Positions 1 to 8,214 of a stretch of DNA of 32,000 bases are shown here, piece by piece. Both the position numbers and the translations under genes were made by a program. The stretch is from contig NZ_LN831024.1 in assembly GCF_001457615.1 (NCBI RefSeq), forward strand, positions 1,890,001-1,922,000, read 5' to 3'. Position 1 is the first letter of the stretch, and each line of letters starts with the position of its first letter. The notes under the pieces were generated by a model. That model saw only the letters and a list, made by a program, of their open reading frames with translations, was not told the DNA's origin and ran no database searches. Source of the stretch: Pseudomonas aeruginosa. GTDB lineage: Bacteria > Pseudomonadota > Gammaproteobacteria > Pseudomonadales > Pseudomonadaceae.

Positions 1-147
1 GGCGCTGGCCGGAGGGTTGTGCACCGGTAGCAGGTAGACCTGGAGGACCTGCGCCTCCGGCAGGATCGAGCAGGCGCCGAGGGTGGCGAGCGCGGCCAGG
101 CCGGCGGCCAGGGACAGGCGACGCAGCGGGCGAAGGGCGAGCCTCAT
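1..147 (-). CDS. ABC-type transport auxiliary lipoprotein (PqiC-like), partial (N-terminal part only, runs off the window edge)
   Basis: Reverse strand from CAT at 145-147 reads MRLALRPLRRLSLAAGLAALATLGACSILPEAQVLQVYLLPVHNPP: signal peptide plus lipobox (TLGAC). The start overlaps the stop of the MCE gene (ATGA). Confidence 0.75.
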   Translation of the reverse strand, partial: MRLALRPLRRLSLAAGLAALATLGACSILPEAQVLQVYLLPVHNPPASA

Positions 148-1082
148 GGGGTGAACTCCTTGGTTTTTTCCCGGCCCAGCAGGTAGTTCGCCGGGTTCTC
201 TTCCAGGCGCCGGCTGATTCCGCGCAGTGCCGCCAGGGTATCGCGCAGTTCGCTGACCGCCGGGCCCAGCTCGGCGAGTCCCTGGATGCCGCCGTCCAGC
301 GAGTGGCGATTCTCGCTGATCAACTGGTCGAGGGTGGCGCTGGTGCGCTCCAGCGAAGCCATGGTCTTGTTGGCGTTTTCCAGCATCCCCTTGCCTTGCT
401 CGTTGAGCAGGCCGTTGGCGCTGCGCATCAACTCGCTGGCCTGGGCCAGGGCGGCGTTGGCCTGCCTGCTCGCCTGGGCCAACTGCTGCATCACCGCGCT
501 GACGTTCTCGCGCTCGGCGGAGAGCGCGCCGGTGGCCTGGTCGAGATGGTCGAGGGTGCGGCTGATGCGCGCTGTGTTTTCCTCGGAGAGCAGGTTGCTG
601 AAGCGCGCGATGAGCTGGTTGATGTTGCCCATCAGGTCTTCGCCGTTGCTCAGTAACTGGGTCAGCGGCGAGGGCGTGGCGACGATCACCGGGATCTTCC
701 CGTCCTTGCCCTCCAGCATCGGGCTGGCGGGCGTGCCGCTGCTGAGCTGGATGATCGAGGTGCCGGTGATCCCGGTGAGCGCCAGCTTGGCGGTGGTGTC
801 CTGCTTGATCGGCGCGCTGGCCACCACGCGGATGCGTGCCCAGACCTTGCGCGGGTCCTTCGGATCGAGGCGGAGGAAGGCCACGTCGCCGACCTTGATC
901 CCGCTGTACTGCACCGAGCTGCCCTGGGAAAGGCCGCTGACCGCTTCGTTGAAGACGATGTCGTAGTAGTTGAACTTGCCCTCCGAGCCGGACTTGGCCA
1001 GCCACAGGCCGAAGAGCAGGGCGGCGCCGATCACGATCACGCTGAACAGGCCGATCAACACATGGTGGGCTCGGGTTTCCAT
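144..1082 (-). CDS. MCE-domain (MlaD/PqiB-like) lipid transport substrate-binding protein
   Basis: ORF 312 aa with one N-terminal TM helix, then FNYYDIVFNEAVSGLSQGSSVQYSGIKVGDVAFLRLDP (typical MCE domain) and a helical C-terminus. Confidence 0.9.
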   Translation of the reverse strand: METRAHHVLIGLFSVIVIGAALLFGLWLAKSGSEGKFNYYDIVFNEAVSGLSQGSSVQYSGIKVGDVAFLRLDPKDPRKVWARIRVVASAPIKQDTTAKLALTGITGTSIIQLSSGTPASPMLEGKDGKIPVIVATPSPLTQLLSNGEDLMGNINQLIARFSNLLSEENTARISRTLDHLDQATGALSAERENVSAVMQQLAQASRQANAALAQASELMRSANGLLNEQGKGMLENANKTMASLERTSATLDQLISENRHSLDGGIQGLAELGPAVSELRDTLAALRGISRRLEENPANYLLGREKTKEFTP

Positions 1083-1083
1083 C

Positions 1084-1878
1084 TCAGTGATTCTCCGGCA
1101 CGGCGGCGGCTTGGTGGGCGGCGCGCCCGCGCGGCCCGTGGAAGTATTCGCGGACCCAGGCGTCGTCGGTGGCGGCGACCCGTTCCAGGGTATCGACTAC
1201 CAGGACCTTCTTCTGCGACAGCACGGCGACCCGGTCGCAGATGGTGTACAGGGTGTCCAGGTCATGGGTGACCAGGAACACGGTCAGGCCGAGGGCGTCG
1301 CGCAGGGTACGGATCAGGTTGTCGAAGGCCGCCGCGCCGATCGGGTCGAGGCCGGCGGTGGGCTCGTCGAGGAACAGGATGTCCGGGTCCAGCGCCAGGG
1401 CGCGGGCCAGGGCGGCGCGCTTGATCATGCCGCCGGAAAGCGAGGCCGGATACTTGTCGCCGGCGTTGGCCGGTAGCCCGGCCAGGGCCAGCTTGACCTG
1501 GGCCAGGTGCTCGGCGTCGGCGCGCGGCAGGCCGGCGTTCTCGATCAGCGGCAGGGCGACGTTCTCCACCACGGTAAGCGAGGAAAACAGCGCGCCCTGC
1601 TGGAACAGCACGCCGAAGCGCCGTTCGACCAGGGAGCGGCGCTCCTCTGGCAGTTGCAGCAGGTCTTCGCCGAACACCCGCACGCTGCCGGAGGTCGGCC
1701 GGCGCAGGCCGACGATGCTGCGCAGCAGCACCGACTTGCCGGTGCCGGAGCCGCCGACCACGCCGAGGATCTCGCCGCGACGGACGTCGAGGTCGAGGTG
1801 CTCGTGGACCGCCTGGGCGCCGAAACGGTTGCACAGGTCGCGGACCTGGATGATCGCCTGCGGGTTGTCCTGGTTCAC
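1084..1878 (-). CDS. ABC transporter ATP-binding protein (MlaF-like)
   Basis: Frame contains Walker A GGSGTGKS, signature LSGGM, Walker B DILFLDEPTAGLD. Probable GTG start at 1876-1878, overlapping the stop of the upstream permease (GTGA). The longer 619-aa ORF in the track is an out-of-frame N-terminal extension. Confidence 0.88.
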   Translation of the reverse strand: MNQDNPQAIIQVRDLCNRFGAQAVHEHLDLDVRRGEILGVVGGSGTGKSVLLRSIVGLRRPTSGSVRVFGEDLLQLPEERRSLVERRFGVLFQQGALFSSLTVVENVALPLIENAGLPRADAEHLAQVKLALAGLPANAGDKYPASLSGGMIKRAALARALALDPDILFLDEPTAGLDPIGAAAFDNLIRTLRDALGLTVFLVTHDLDTLYTICDRVAVLSQKKVLVVDTLERVAATDDAWVREYFHGPRGRAAHQAAAVPENH

Positions 1879-3020
1879 CAGCCCATCTCCATGAAGAACA
1901 GCGCGGCGAGGGCGTCGAGCAGGATCACCACGAAGATCGAGTGGACCACGCTGGTGGTGGTGTGCTCGCCCACCGACTGGGCGCTGCCGCTGACCTTGAA
2001 GCCTTCCAGGCAGCCGATCACGGCGATCAGGAAGGCGAACAGCGGGGCCTTGCTGATACCGACCAGGAAATGCTGTACGCCGATTCCGTCCTCCATGATC
2101 GACAGGAACATCGCCGGCGGGATGTCCAGGGTCCAGGCGCAGACGGTCATGCCGCCGACGATGCCGCAGAGCATGCCGACGAAGGTCAGCATCGGTAGCG
2201 ATACCAGCAGCGCCAGCACCCGCGGCAGCACCAGCAGCTCGATGGGGTTGAGGCCGAGGGCGCGGATCGCGTCGATCTCCTCGTTGGCCTTCATCGAGCC
2301 GATCTGCGCGGTGAAGGCGCTGGCGGTGCGGCCGGCCATGAGGATCGCGGTGAGCAGCACGGCGAACTCGCGGAGGAAGGAGAACACCACCAGGTTGACC
2401 GTGTAGATGGTCGCGCCGAAGTTGGCCAGCACCGTGGCGCCGAGGAAGGCGATCACCGCGCCGACCAGGAAGGTCAGCAGGGCGATGATCGGCACCGCGT
2501 CCAGGCCGCTCTTCTCGATGTTCGCCACCAGCGGCGTGACCCGCCAACTGGCCGGGCGGACCAGGCTGCGGAACAGGGTCTCCAGGGTCAGGCCGATGAA
2601 GCCGAGGAGTGCCTTGAGGTGCAGCCAGAAGGTCTCCATGGCACAACCGATGCGAGCCAGCAGTTCGATGGCGGTGGTTGGCGGCTTGGGTTTCTCCGGC
2701 TCGCAGAAGTCGTGCAGGGCGTGGCCGACGGTCTTCAGCAGGGCCTGGCGCTCGCGCGGCAGGCCGGGCTCCAGCTCGGCGAGGTCGGCCAGGCGCTCGG
2801 CGCCGAGCAATTCGGCGAGCAGGGCGGCGCCGGCGGTATCCAGGGCGCCCAGTTGGCTCAGGTCGAAGCTGGCGTTGGCCGCCACTTCGCTGCGCAGGCG
2901 CGTCACCTCGCGCTCCAGAGCCGTGTAGTGGGCGAGCGTCCAATCACCTATGGCTCTGACGCGGGCGGGCTGGGTGGAGCTATCCAGGCTCACGTGGCCG
3001 GGTTGCGGCTGTGTCGTCAT
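1875..3020 (-). CDS. MlaE-family ABC permease with N-terminal STAS-like domain
   Basis: 381 aa; N-terminal STAS-like segment (FDLSQLGALDTAGAALLAELLG), then MlaE core (ANFGATIYTVNLVVFSFLREFAVLLTAILMAGRTASAFTAQIGSMKANEEIDAIRALGLNPIELLVLPRVLA). Confidence 0.92.
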   Translation of the reverse strand: MTTQPQPGHVSLDSSTQPARVRAIGDWTLAHYTALEREVTRLRSEVAANASFDLSQLGALDTAGAALLAELLGAERLADLAELEPGLPRERQALLKTVGHALHDFCEPEKPKPPTTAIELLARIGCAMETFWLHLKALLGFIGLTLETLFRSLVRPASWRVTPLVANIEKSGLDAVPIIALLTFLVGAVIAFLGATVLANFGATIYTVNLVVFSFLREFAVLLTAILMAGRTASAFTAQIGSMKANEEIDAIRALGLNPIELLVLPRVLALLVSLPMLTFVGMLCGIVGGMTVCAWTLDIPPAMFLSIMEDGIGVQHFLVGISKAPLFAFLIAVIGCLEGFKVSGSAQSVGEHTTTSVVHSIFVVILLDALAALFFMEMGW

Positions 3021-3086
3021 GGTGCAGAAGCTTACACCGGCTTTTCAGTCCCTGAGTAGAGCCATTGCAGACAGGCCCGTGAGCGC

Positions 3087-4541
3087 TCAGTGGCGCCAGA
3101 ACGCCGGGGTCAGCAGGACCAGCACGGTGATGATCTCCAGGCGACCGAGCAGCATGCCGGCGGCCAGCAGCCACTTGGCGGCGTCCGGCAGGCTGGCGAA
3201 GTTGCCCGAGGGGCCGATGATGGGCCCCATCCCCGGGCCTACGCCGGCCACGGTACTGGCGGCACCGGTGAGCGCGGTCATCCAGTCCAGGCCGATCAGC
3301 GACAGGCCGAGGGCGAGCAGGCAGACGACGATCGCGAAGAAGAACGAGAAGGTCAGGATCGAGCGGACGATTTCCTCGTCCAGGCGATGGCCGTTGTAGT
3401 TCTGCTTGAGCACTGCGCGCGGATGGATCAACTGGTAGAGGTTGGCCTTGAGCAGGGTATAGGCGACCTGGAAGCGGAAGATCTTGATACCGCCGGCGGT
3501 AGAACCGGAGCAACCGCCGATGAAGCCGAGGTAGAAGAACAGCATGATCGAGAAGTGCCCCCACATGCTGTAGTCGCCGAGGGCGAAGCCGGTGGTGGTG
3601 ACCACCGAGGTGACGTTCACTGCGACGATGCGGAAAGCATCCATCCAGGGCAGCTTGGAGGTTACCGCGTACCAGGTGCCCATCAGCAGCCAGGTCACCA
3701 GCAGCAGGCCGAGCAGGCCGCGGACCTGCTGGTCCTTGATCAGCGCCTTGCGGTGTCCGCGCAGGGTGGCGACGTAGAGCGCGAACGGCAGGCTGCCGAG
3801 GATCATCACCACTACCGCGGTCCAGTGCACCGCTGGCTGCTTCCATTTGGCCAGGGATTGGTCGGAGGTGGAGAAACCGCCGGTGGAAATCGCCGACATG
3901 GCGTGGTTGACCGCGTCGAACGGGCTCATGCCCGCGCCCCAGAAGGCCAGGCTGCCGAGCAGGGTGATGCCGACATAGGTGGCGACGATGTACTTGGCGA
4001 CCATGTGCGAGCGTGGCAGGACTTTTTCCGAGCGGTCCGAGGATTCGGTCTGGAACAGGCGCATGCCGCCGATCCGCAGCATCGGCAGGATCGCCACGGC
4101 CATGGCGATGAAGCCGATGCCGCCCAGCCAGTGCAGCAGAGAGCGCCAGATGAGGATGCCCGGGGACATGTCGTCCAGCCCGCTGAGCACGGTGGAGCCG
4201 GTGGCGGTGATTCCCGACATGCTTTCGAAGAAGGCATCGGTGTAGCTGATGTGCTGCTGCAGGACGAACGGCAGGGCGGCGAAGATGCATACCAGCACCC
4301 AGCTCGATACGGTGAGCATGTACATGTCCCGCGGGCGCAGGTGGACATGCTCGGGACGCCCCGGCAGGACCAGGCCGAGGCCGGTGACGAAGGTGGCGAC
4401 GCTGGACCAGATGAATGCCTGGATGCCTTCGGTACGGTCGAAGGCGAGCATGGTCAGGATCGGGACCAGCATGCTGGCGGCCAGAGTGATCAGGAAGATG
4501 CCGATGATGAAACCGAGGATACGTAGGGTCGGCAAGGCCAT
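3087..4541 (-). CDS. trkH: Trk/Ktr-type potassium uptake membrane subunit TrkH
   Basis: Multi-TM protein with TrkH motifs (FFESMSGITATGSTVLSG, GGIGFIAMAVAILP, AISTGGFSTSDQS, GGCSGSTAGGIKIFR, AASTVAGVGPG). Start MALPTLRILGF preferred over the longer 4577 start. Confidence 0.92.
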   Translation of the reverse strand: MALPTLRILGFIIGIFLITLAASMLVPILTMLAFDRTEGIQAFIWSSVATFVTGLGLVLPGRPEHVHLRPRDMYMLTVSSWVLVCIFAALPFVLQQHISYTDAFFESMSGITATGSTVLSGLDDMSPGILIWRSLLHWLGGIGFIAMAVAILPMLRIGGMRLFQTESSDRSEKVLPRSHMVAKYIVATYVGITLLGSLAFWGAGMSPFDAVNHAMSAISTGGFSTSDQSLAKWKQPAVHWTAVVVMILGSLPFALYVATLRGHRKALIKDQQVRGLLGLLLVTWLLMGTWYAVTSKLPWMDAFRIVAVNVTSVVTTTGFALGDYSMWGHFSIMLFFYLGFIGGCSGSTAGGIKIFRFQVAYTLLKANLYQLIHPRAVLKQNYNGHRLDEEIVRSILTFSFFFAIVVCLLALGLSLIGLDWMTALTGAASTVAGVGPGMGPIIGPSGNFASLPDAAKWLLAAGMLLGRLEIITVLVLLTPAFWRH

Positions 4542-4698
4542 GGATCGTGGGGCTCTGGGCTGTGGCGGACCGGCCATTCTACCAGCCGTCCGCGGAGAGT
4601 AAATCTGCCGCTGCCCCCCTCTTCACAGCTGCCGCGAAATCGCTAGAATCTCGCTTCGCCCGCCGGCGCTCGCCGGTTTCTCTGGTGTTCTGCCAACC

Positions 4699-5070
4699 AT
4701 GTCCACTGACAATCCGTGTCTTACCTGCGGCGCCTGCTGTGCGCATTTTCGTGTGTCTTTCTATTGGGGCGAGTGCCGTTCCGCAGGTGGCGTCGTACCC
4801 GACGAACTGACCGTCCGCATCAGCCCGCAGATGGTTGCCATGAGCGGTACCGAGAACAAGCCGGCACGCTGCGTCGGGCTGCTCGGCGAGGTCGGTTGCG
4901 GCGTTCGCTGCACCGTCTACGAGCAGCGCTCGAGTACCTGCCGCGAGTTCGAGGCGGCCTGGGCCAACGGCCAGCCCAACCCGGCCTGCGATGCCGCGCG
5001 CGCCGCCTACGGCCTGCCGCCGCTGACCCCGCCGCTGCAGCCGCACCTGGCGCCGGGACGGGTCGCCTGA
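4699..5070 (+). CDS. YkgJ-family cysteine cluster protein
   Basis: [20 protein letters not shown] ... [27 protein letters not shown]: Cys-cluster pattern of the YkgJ family. Confidence 0.85.
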   Translation: MSTDNPCLTCGACCAHFRVSFYWGECRSAGGVVPDELTVRISPQMVAMSGTENKPARCVGLLGEVGCGVRCTVYEQRSSTCREFEAAWANGQPNPACDAARAAYGLPPLTPPLQPHLAPGRVA

Positions 5071-5134
5071 GAGCGGGCGTGAGCCTGGCGATTGCGTCTA
5101 CAATGGCGATTTCGTTTCTGACAGGAGTTCGCCC

Positions 5135-5695
5135 ATGGAGGCTCTCGACGCCTTGCTCACTCGCGTTTCCCACGCCCGCCTGAGCGATCCCGCGCCCTCG
5201 CCGGAGCAGCTCGACCGGCTGTTCCGGGTCGCCTTGCGTGCCCCGGACCACGGGCAACTGCGGCCCTGGCGCTTCATCCTGGTAGAGGGCGAAGGCCGCC
5301 GGGCCCTGGGCGACCTCTACGCCCGCGCCCTGGCGAGCCGCCAGCCGGACGCCGCCGAGGAAGCGCTGGCCAAGGCCCGCAACATGCCGCTGCGCGCACC
5401 GCTGCTGGTCGTGGCGGTCGCTTGCCTGCAGGACCACCCGAAGGTGCCGCACGCTGAGCAACTGCTGGCTGCCGGCTGCGCCGCCCACGGCCTGGTGCTG
5501 GGCGCCTATGCCCAGGGACTGGGGGCGATGTGGCGGACCGGCGAGATGGCCACCGATCCGGTGGTGCACGCCGGCCTGGGGCTCGGCGAGCAGGAGCGGA
5601 TCATCGGCTTCGTCTACCTGGGTACGCCGATGGGCGAGTTGCGCACGCCGGCGGAACTCGACCCGACGGCCTTCGTCAGCGCCTGGCCGGGCTGA
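5135..5695 (+). CDS. Nitroreductase family protein (YdjA-like)
   Basis: FRVALRAPDHGQLRPWRFILVEGEGRRALGDLY ... LGLGEQERIIGFVYLGTP, typical of the YdjA nitroreductase family. Confidence 0.85.
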   Translation: MEALDALLTRVSHARLSDPAPSPEQLDRLFRVALRAPDHGQLRPWRFILVEGEGRRALGDLYARALASRQPDAAEEALAKARNMPLRAPLLVVAVACLQDHPKVPHAEQLLAAGCAAHGLVLGAYAQGLGAMWRTGEMATDPVVHAGLGLGEQERIIGFVYLGTPMGELRTPAELDPTAFVSAWPG

Positions 5696-6155
5696 GCGGC
5701 AACAGCAGGCGTACGCACCAATACGCGCCCTGGGCGTGCCAGAGCAGTCGTCCGCCCTGCCAGCCGGCCAGTCGTCGGGCGGCTTCCACGGCCGCCGGCA
5801 GCCAGCGCCGGCCTTCTTCCGCCTGGCCGAGGATGTCCAGGCGCAGCCGGCCGTGGCGTGCGTCCAGCGCCGGATTCAGTGTGATGCGCTGCCACGGGCG
5901 GGCCTGCGCGGCGCCGCCGAGCAGGCCGTAGAGCGCCTCGTGCAAGGCCGGGCGCCAGCTTTCCAGCGGCCAGGTGCCGCGTTCCGGCAGGTTCAGGTCG
6001 AGGCGCGCCCAGCGATGCCGCAGTTGCTGGGCGACCTGTCCCAGCTCGACCGCCAGGACCAGCGATTGCGGTTCGTCGCCGGGAGGTTCCGGCGGCGGCG
6101 CGATGGCCTGGGCGAGCGGGCGTTCATCGAGGAACAACGAAGCGGGAAGAGTCAT
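5676..6155 (-). CDS. Conserved hypothetical protein
   Basis: ORF MTLPASLFLDERPLAQ... with an AGGAG Shine-Dalgarno upstream of the 6155 ATG; coding on the same strand just after the sensor kinase. Converges with and slightly overlaps the nitroreductase gene. Confidence 0.65.
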   Translation of the reverse strand: MTLPASLFLDERPLAQAIAPPPEPPGDEPQSLVLAVELGQVAQQLRHRWARLDLNLPERGTWPLESWRPALHEALYGLLGGAAQARPWQRITLNPALDARHGRLRLDILGQAEEGRRWLPAAVEAARRLAGWQGGRLLWHAQGAYWCVRLLLPLSPARR

Positions 6156-6194
6156 GCCGGATGCTCCTGGGGAATTGTTCATCTGGGCGCGGCG

Positions 6195-7532
6195 TCATTC
6201 GGTCGCCTTGCGCCGTAGCGGCAGGCTGAGGGTGGCGATGAAGCCGCCGTCGGGATGGTTGCCCAGGCGCAGGTGCCCGCCGTGGCGCTCGATGGCGCGG
6301 CGGGCGATGGCCAGGCCCAGGCCGTGTCCCGGGCTGCTCTGGTTGGGTGCGCGGAAGAACGGCTCGCCCAACTGCTCCTGCAGTTCGGCGGCGATGCCTG
6401 GCCCATGGTCGCGGACGCTCAGGCGCAGGTAGTCGCCGGCGCTGCTGGCACGCACCTCCAGGGGTTGGCCGACGGGGTTGAAGCGCACGGCGTTGCGCAG
6501 CAGGTTGTCCACCGCGCGTTCGAACATGTCCGGCCAGCCGTCGATGCTCAGGTCAGGCGCCACCTCCAGGCGGATATCCTGTTCCGGAGCCAGCAGCAGG
6601 GCGTCTTCGCGCAGCCGCTGGAGCAGCGGTAGCAGGGCGATCCGTTGGCTCGCGCCGGGTTCGGCGTCGAGCCGGGCGAGGGCGAGGATCTCGCCGATCA
6701 GCGCTTCCAGGCGGTCGCATTCCTGTTCCAGGCGCGGCCACATCTGCGCCCGCGCTTCCGGTTCGGCGCGTTCGGCCAGGGCCAGGGCGATGCGCAGGCG
6801 CGCCAGCGGCGAGCGCAGTTCGTGGGATACGTCGCGGAGCAACTGACGCTGGCTGCCGATCAGGCTTTGCAGGCGTTCGCCCATGCGGTTGAAATCGCGC
6901 GCCAGGGTGCCCAGTTCATCGCCGCGCCGCGCCAGGCGGGCCAGGCTGTCCTTCTGGTAGGCGGTCTGGCCGAGGTCGTGCACGGCGCGCCGCAGACGGT
7001 TCAGCGGACGGGTGATGGACAGCGTCAGCAGCAGGCTGAACAGGGTCAGCACCACCAGTGCGATGCCCAGCGCGCTGAGCGGCCAGAGCAGGCTGCCGCG
7101 GTGCCAAGCCTCCAGCTCCGGGTGCGGGATGCGGTAGATGAACAGATAGGTATGGTTGCTCTGCGGGCTGACGTATTCCTGGCTCAGCTGGCGCCAGGGG
7201 AAGCGCGGCAGGTTGCGGTCGCTGGTGCGCGGCGGGCGGTGGTGGGGGCGCGGCAGGTAGGTGCCGTCGACCAGGCGCTGGCCGCTTTCATCGAGCACCT
7301 GGATGGAAATCCCGTAGTCGCGACGGCGTTGCTCCAGCAAGCCCTGGGCCGCGTAGCTGCCCTGTTCTTCGTAGAGGGCGGTCCACTGCTCGGCGAGATC
7401 CTTCAGGCCAGGATGGCGGGCGATGATCCAGGTGTCCTGGTTCAGCGCACGACCCAGCAGGATGGACAGCCCGGCGACCAGCAGCAGGGCCAGCCAGAAG
7501 GCGGCGAGGATTCGCCAGAAGAGTGAACGCAT
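6195..7532 (-). CDS. cpxS: Two-component sensor histidine kinase, CpxA/CpxS-like
   Basis: N-terminal TM, periplasmic domain, second TM, HAMP, H-box HELRSPLARLRIAL, N-box NLLRNAVRFNP, G-boxes DHGPGI and GHGLGLAI. The ATG at 7532 has AGGAAAACC upstream; the ORF is open to 7553. Confidence 0.88.
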   Translation of the reverse strand: MRSLFWRILAAFWLALLLVAGLSILLGRALNQDTWIIARHPGLKDLAEQWTALYEEQGSYAAQGLLEQRRRDYGISIQVLDESGQRLVDGTYLPRPHHRPPRTSDRNLPRFPWRQLSQEYVSPQSNHTYLFIYRIPHPELEAWHRGSLLWPLSALGIALVVLTLFSLLLTLSITRPLNRLRRAVHDLGQTAYQKDSLARLARRGDELGTLARDFNRMGERLQSLIGSQRQLLRDVSHELRSPLARLRIALALAERAEPEARAQMWPRLEQECDRLEALIGEILALARLDAEPGASQRIALLPLLQRLREDALLLAPEQDIRLEVAPDLSIDGWPDMFERAVDNLLRNAVRFNPVGQPLEVRASSAGDYLRLSVRDHGPGIAAELQEQLGEPFFRAPNQSSPGHGLGLAIARRAIERHGGHLRLGNHPDGGFIATLSLPLRRKATE

Positions 7533-7610
7533 GGTTTTCCTGTTGAATCGCATGTCGGGCCGGCCGCGAGGGTAAACCCCTAGGATATGCGATTCCGGCT
7601 GGTCGGAAGA

Positions 7611-7635
7611 CCGCTACCGGAGGACCCGGTAGCGG
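7611..7635. repeat. Perfect 10-bp inverted repeat (CCGCTACCGG-AGGAC-CCGGTAGCGG)
   Basis: Seen directly: 10-bp arms and 5-nt loop, in the cpxP-like to cpxS intergenic region; no obvious U-tract on either strand. Confidence 0.85.
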
Positions 7636-7646
7636 TGGCTCGGACG

Positions 7647-8086
7647 TCAGTTGGACTTCTTGTCGGCCTTCCATTGCTGGAATTCGGCCCACTCTGCCTT
7701 GCGCTGCTCGCGCTTCTTCTGCAGTTCGTCGAACTTCTTCTGCTGCTCGGGGGTGAGCAGGGCGCGGATGTCCTTCTGGGTCTTCTCGTGGCTGGCCTTG
7801 AGTTCGTCCTTCAGGGCCTTCTGCTCGGCCGCCGGCAGCTTGGCCAGGTAGCGCTGGGTGATCTCGTGGCGGGCCTTCATTTGTTCGCCCATCAGTTTGC
7901 CCATCTGCTGGCGCTGTTCGCGGGTCAGGTCCAGTTCCTTCATCGGGCCGCCATGCCGGGGACCGTGCTGGCCCATCATGTGGCCGCCTTCCATCGGCGG
8001 GGGGGCAGGTCGTTGGCGGCGGGCGCGGCCATGGCGAAGGTCGGCAGGGCGGCGGCGATGAACAGGGCGGTTAGCGTCTTGCGCAT
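7647..8086 (-). pseudogene. cpxP: CpxP-like periplasmic Spy/LTXXQ-family protein; reading frame interrupted by a C7 homopolymer shift in this sequence
   Basis: ATG at 8086 preceded by AAAGGAG encodes signal peptide MRKTLTALFIAAALPTFAMA-APAANDLPP and then goes to a stop soon after. The body MEGGHMMGQHGPRHGGPMKELDLTREQRQQMGKLMGEQMKARHE... lies in the adjacent frame. The switch maps to a G7 (C7 on the coding strand) run at 7999-8005. Confidence 0.75.
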
Positions 8087-8167
8087 GGTGTTTCTCCTTT
8101 CTGGGTCCGGCCATTTACCGGATGAGCCCAGTCTAGGGAGGTCAAGGTCAAGCGCGGTCAGCCCTGG

Positions 8168-8183
8168 GTAAAGCTTGGGTAAA
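8168..8183 (+). promoter_or_regulatory. Candidate CpxR binding box GTAAA-N6-GTAAA
   Basis: Sequence GTAAAGCTTGGGTAAA about 80 bp upstream of the cpxP-like start; fits the enterobacterial CpxR box GTAAA(N4-8)GTAAA. Confidence 0.65.
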
Positions 8184-8214
8184 GACCTTGTGTCGGCGGG
8201 CTGACGAAACCCGC

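Noticed and set aside
1084-2943. 619-aa ORF that appears to fuse an Arg/Pro-rich protein to an ABC ATPase
   Set aside because: The N-terminal part is an out-of-frame reading of the STAS-MlaE gene; only the C-terminal ATPase part is real.
3090-4526. 478-aa plus-strand ORF antisense to trkH
   Set aside because: High-GC shadow ORF; the minus strand encodes a clear TrkH.
7571-7577. GGTAAAC near the cpxS start as a second CpxR site
   Set aside because: Only one GTAAA half site, no correctly spaced partner.
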